Shown here piece by piece: positions 60,058-64,000 of a stretch of 64,000 nucleotides of DNA. The position numbers were made by a program, and so were the translations under genes. The notes beneath the pieces are model-generated. The model saw nothing but the letters and a program-made list of their open reading frames with translations, searched no databases and was not told the DNA's origin. The DNA is from Vitrella brassicaformis CCMP3155 (lineage: Eukaryota > Protista > Chromerida), in contig CDMY01000280.1 of NCBI GenBank assembly GCA_001179505.1, positions 1 to 64,000 of the forward strand, written 5' to 3'. Position 1 is the first letter of the stretch, and every line of letters begins with the position of its first letter.

Positions 60058-62499
60058 GTGGTGGTGGTGGGGGGGGGGGGGGAANNNNNNNNNNNNNNNN
60101 NNNNNNNNNNNNNNNNNNNNNNNNNNNNNNNNNNNNNNNNNNNNNNNNNNNNNNNNNNNNNNNNNNNNNNNNNNNNNNNNNNNNNNNNNNNNNNNNNNNN
60201 NNNNNNNNNNNNNNNNNNNNNNNNNNNNNNNNNNNNNNNNNNNNNNNNNNNNNNNNNNNNNNNNNNNNNNNNNNNNNNNNNNNNNNNNNNNNNNNNNNNN
60301 NNNNNNNNNNNNNNNNNNNNNNNNNNNNNNNNNNNNNNNNNNNNNNNNNNNNNNNNNNNNNNNNNNNNNNNNNNNNNNNNNNNNGGTCCTTGCTCGCCTG
60401 TCGTATTGGGGGCTTCTTCCTCCATGCTCCAGATGTCAGCAATGGGGTAAGCGACTTGAACCTGATCATTGAAACACACACACACACAGAGAGAGGGTGA
60501 TGCCTCGCTCTCTCTCTCGCTCTGTGCGCTTCCGCGCTGCGCTCACTCGGCGCCCTCAACATCGATCTTGAAAATATCAATCTCGCGGTTCTCGTGGCCC
60601 AGTGCACTGACCACATCCACACACACGGTGTGTGTGGTGTGGTGTGTGCATAGCTATGCATCCCCCCGCAAAGCCACCCATTTCACTCTCGCTCACGTGA
60701 TGATCTCGTTCAAGCCTGCTGTGAGGGGCCCGGGGTTGTCGGCCTGCAGGCTGGCCCTGAACACATCGCACACCACACACATCAATGGGAGGGAGGGAGG
60801 GAGACGCCCATTTGATCTGACTTACCCCCTGCCCGGCTGGTCGATCCCCCATCTGTGGAAGTTGATGTGCTCGGGCTTGGCCTTCGGAGTCGCGACAGTG
60901 TGATCAAACTGCAGCCATCCGCCCGCCCGCCCGCACACCCACACACACCAGTGACAGACAGACGGGGATCGCCATATGTGTGTGTCCCTCCCTGCCTGCC
61001 CCTGAGTTGCGTACGGTGTGGACTTCGCAGCCGAGTGTCTTGTATACGCTGTCCTCGAAAGACCACTGAGCAGAACAGAGCACACCAGACAAACAGACAG
61101 ACAGACAGACAGACAAGGGCGGTGTGGGTGTGGGTGTTCACACAGCCCGCCCCTCCATCCATCCATCCATATCCCTCTCACCGACCTCGTTGGACCCCCC
61201 CACAGAGTACACCAGACAGGGCTTGCCCGAAGCCTTGCTACGTGAAATGATCCTGTCAGGGTCACAGACCCACTTGCCGCCATCGCCCAGAGTGCCCAAT
61301 CGCATCTCAAACCTGCCAGACAGCACAAACAATCGCACAGACGCGCTGGATGAGGTGAGATGAGTGAGGTGTCTGTGCCGACTGACTCGCAGCTCCAGTC
61401 GGGCTCGAAGAACATCTGGTAGAAGGTGGCGCCGTGGCCCCTGACCAGGGAGATCTTGCTCAACCAGTTGGGATCCATCTGCACTCTCAGATACACACAA
61501 CACACGCCCTCATTCACTCACCCACACGGAGCCACTCGATCCCATCCTTGTGCTTGCTTACTTGTCTGTGCCACATGACGGCTCTGTTCCGCTTCTTCAG
61601 CTCCCACCTCTGAGCCTCCGAGTACTGACTTGCATCGTAGAAGCCAAGCGACTCCTGCAAAGCACCGCAACGCACACAGACAGACCTCCACAATACACAC
61701 AGCCTCCTCTCCTGCCCCCACGCTGTGCGTGTCTGTCACAGTTAATCTGCCCACGTGTGTGTACCTCAGCCATGAGAGCAAAGGGAGCGGGCGGCGCGGC
61801 AGCACTCTTCTGCTTGATGGGCTGCTGCTGCTGGTCCGTCGACGTCGCGTCAGACGACCGAAGACCAGCACCTGTGGGCCAATTAGCATATCCAGCCATA
61901 TGCTGCTCATGGCATTGCGCGTCTGCAGGCGTTGATTGCAGCGCACCTCATCTCACCTCTAAGCAGCTTTTGGACGATCTGTGTGACCTGCCACTCGCCC
62001 ACGACGCCATCGCTGCTGTCCTGCGAACACATAGATAAGTCGCTCTATAGGTTTGAACACACGCATTGGATGGCGTACCTGCCCTGCCCCACTAGTGGTC
62101 ACAGAAGCATTATCCGATAGGTGCGATACTTGCAAAGTCCTGACCAGAACACACACACACCCAACAGAAACAGACGGCGAATTCTCTGTTCTGCGCCCTG
62201 TGTCTGTATTTTATCTCTCCATCTCCCTCGGTACCTCATGGCGTCGATGCTCTTCTTGAGCTGCGATAGGTCTTCCAGACACCTCAGCAGCAACAGCCCC
62301 ACATTCGCTACAAGAAACACCAGCAACACTGTCACACACAACACACAACACAGATCCACACCATCAAATGGTCCAATTTCCCTCTGATATCTACAATAAT
62401 ACCAGCTCCGATGATAGACCACCGTCTGCCGAGTGTCCCGGCGCCTCCCTCCCCCTCTCGCGCCGCAGCGTTCCCCACTGTCGTGTATTTGGCCGCCAT
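59582..62499 (-). CDS. Methyltransf_22 / METTL24-like methyltransferase-domain protein with N-terminal membrane anchor
   Basis: ESLGFYD, FFEPDWSCE, RLGTLGDGGKWVCDP, CLVYSVG, WSFEDSV...GCEVHT, FDHT, IDIFKIDVEGAE, IRQVLIEVH, MFHKEPNI, CVEFAFL; start MAAKYTTV at 62499 with a hydrophobic anchor. Confidence 0.85.
60085..60384. other. Assembly gap (300 N) inside an intron of the methyltransferase gene
   Basis: Flanking exons PIRQ|VLIEVH join in phase 0 across the gap. Confidence 0.95.
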
Positions 62500-63153
62500 C
62501 ACACACACACACACAGATCAAAGAACACGCCGACCGGCTGCAGGTGCCGATTGCTGGAGGGGGGGGCAGCTGGGCTGACCCAGCACCGACAACAACGTTA
62601 TCCCTTCTGCGGATTCCAAGCTCGCAGCGGCAGAAACAGTGGGACAGTGTCGGAGGGGGGTTCTCGTCTTGGTTTCCGTCCTGCGGCTGTGCTGTTCCCT
62701 TGCTCTCCCCCTCCCGAAAGGCGTGCTTGATGTAACGGCGAGGTCGCGGCGTACTATTATTTCGCCGAGGCGAGGCGTTCCAACGGGAGTGACGTCCGAC
62801 GACGGACGCACACACAGACCACCACAGACAAGACAGTAGACACGGCAATATATAGCCTGGGGGAGCAAAGAGGCCATATATTGCTGTCGGAACAATACCC
62901 TGCCCACCAGAGGCCGAGTTGAATTGGCGGCTGACAAGACAGGCAACCAAGAGCCAGCAGCAGCGGTACTAACTAACAGAGGGTAGAGGGCCCAGCCAGC
63001 CGAGCGGCTCGGTCCTCTGCCGGCTGGCCTTGGGCTCGGCCTGTGCCGCCCTGTGTGTGTGTGTTTGGTGAGTGAGTGTCTGTCGTCTGTCTACCACCCC
63101 GCTTCCAAAGGAGAAGTTCTTTACAACAGCAGCAGCGGAGAGGTTAGGGCGGG

Positions 63154-64000
63154 ATGGCCGGCGAGGAGCCAACTGCGGCTCCGCCGAAAGAGGTAAGCAG
63201 ACCACACACATAGGGGCGGGGGCAGGGAGGGAGGGAGGGAGGGAGGGAAGGCACACAACTGACGTGTTTGTCTACTGCTGTTGGTTGTGGTTGTGTGGTT
63301 GTGTGGTTGTGTGGTTGTGTGTGTGTCAGCCACCTCCCCCCAGCAAGACTGTGAGCGGTTCTACATCGATATCGTCCCGGGGCGTGCGATGGCCCTCAGC
63401 CGAGACAGTCAAGCGCAACGTCTTCGACCTCGTCGCTGGCAGATTCTGTACCATCGACTACGTCGGCAGCGAGAAGGTACGCGCCGCACGGGCGAGGGAG
63501 GCGCCGCCCCATGTCGAGCACCTGTGTCAGTCACTGCGGGCGTGTTAATTTGGTCTGGTTTGGTGTATCATTACCAATAATCAGAGTTTCTCTCGTCAGC
63601 AGCTGATGGAGATCGAGCGGAAGCTGCAGAAGGTCATCCGGGTGTTCGGCTGCGAGGGCGGCAAGAGCGTCTGGGAAATCGCACTCAACAAATTCAAGTT
63701 CCAGGTGGGTGCAGTGCGCGGCATGGCATGGCATGGGCAGACGCGTCACGTCAGCAGCAGCCGAGCCGACATCGATGGACATGGTCAATCAATCGCTGCC
63801 ATGTGATGTGTTGGATGGGTGTGTGTAGGAGGACAATCTGTACAATCAGTTTGAGGACGTGTGCCACGCCATGATTGGCCTGACGCTGCGCGACGAGGAG
63901 GGCTCACCAGAGGGCGCCAAGCAAGTCGCGCAAACCGTACTCGATGCTGGTAGACATGGATGGCCCCCCACACCCCCACCCACACCACACCCCACACACA
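63154..64000 (+). CDS. Hypothetical protein, 5' part only (runs off the window)
   Basis: Exons MAGEEPTAAPPKE, PPPPSKTV...FCTIDYVGSEK, QLMEIERKLQKVIRVF...NKFKFQ, EDNLYNQFEDVCHAM join in frame. Confidence 0.6.

Noticed and set aside
1-64000. tRNA, rRNA, snRNA or spliced-leader genes
   Set aside because: No cloverleaf with T-loop, rRNA-like conserved block or known SL motif was recognised by eye; tRNAscan-SE or Infernal would be needed to exclude them formally

Overview
This is eukaryotic nuclear DNA: GC-rich, very intron-dense, with CA/GT/GA microsatellite-filled introns. Three genes carry bipartite signal+transit leaders. This fits an alga with a secondary plastid, most likely the chromerid Vitrella brassicaformis (inference from style, not a database match). 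About 25 genes or gene fragments were reconstructed by hand from splice sites. Recognisable products: Wss1-like WLM+PUB protease, plastid M41/VIR3-like HExxH protease, SLC35B-like nucleotide-sugar transporter, P1B copper ATPase, plastid uL29, dienelactone hydrolase, COX17, PP2C phosphatase and a Methyltransf_22/METTL24-like protein. There are also lineage-specific expansions: two paralogues at 1 kb and 9.5 kb, and a triplicated multi-TM+ankyrin unit at 42-48.5 kb. Four 300-N gaps sit next to G/C homopolymers. No rRNA, tRNA, CRISPR or recognisable transposase was found. Most interesting: (1) a head-to-head pair of secreted paralogues sharing an unnamed domain, one fused to fasciclin plus an acidic repeat tail; (2) systematic 5'-(CA)n / 3'-(UG)n intron ends that could base-pair; (3) a TM-ankyrin tandem array whose units can splice head-to-tail in frame.
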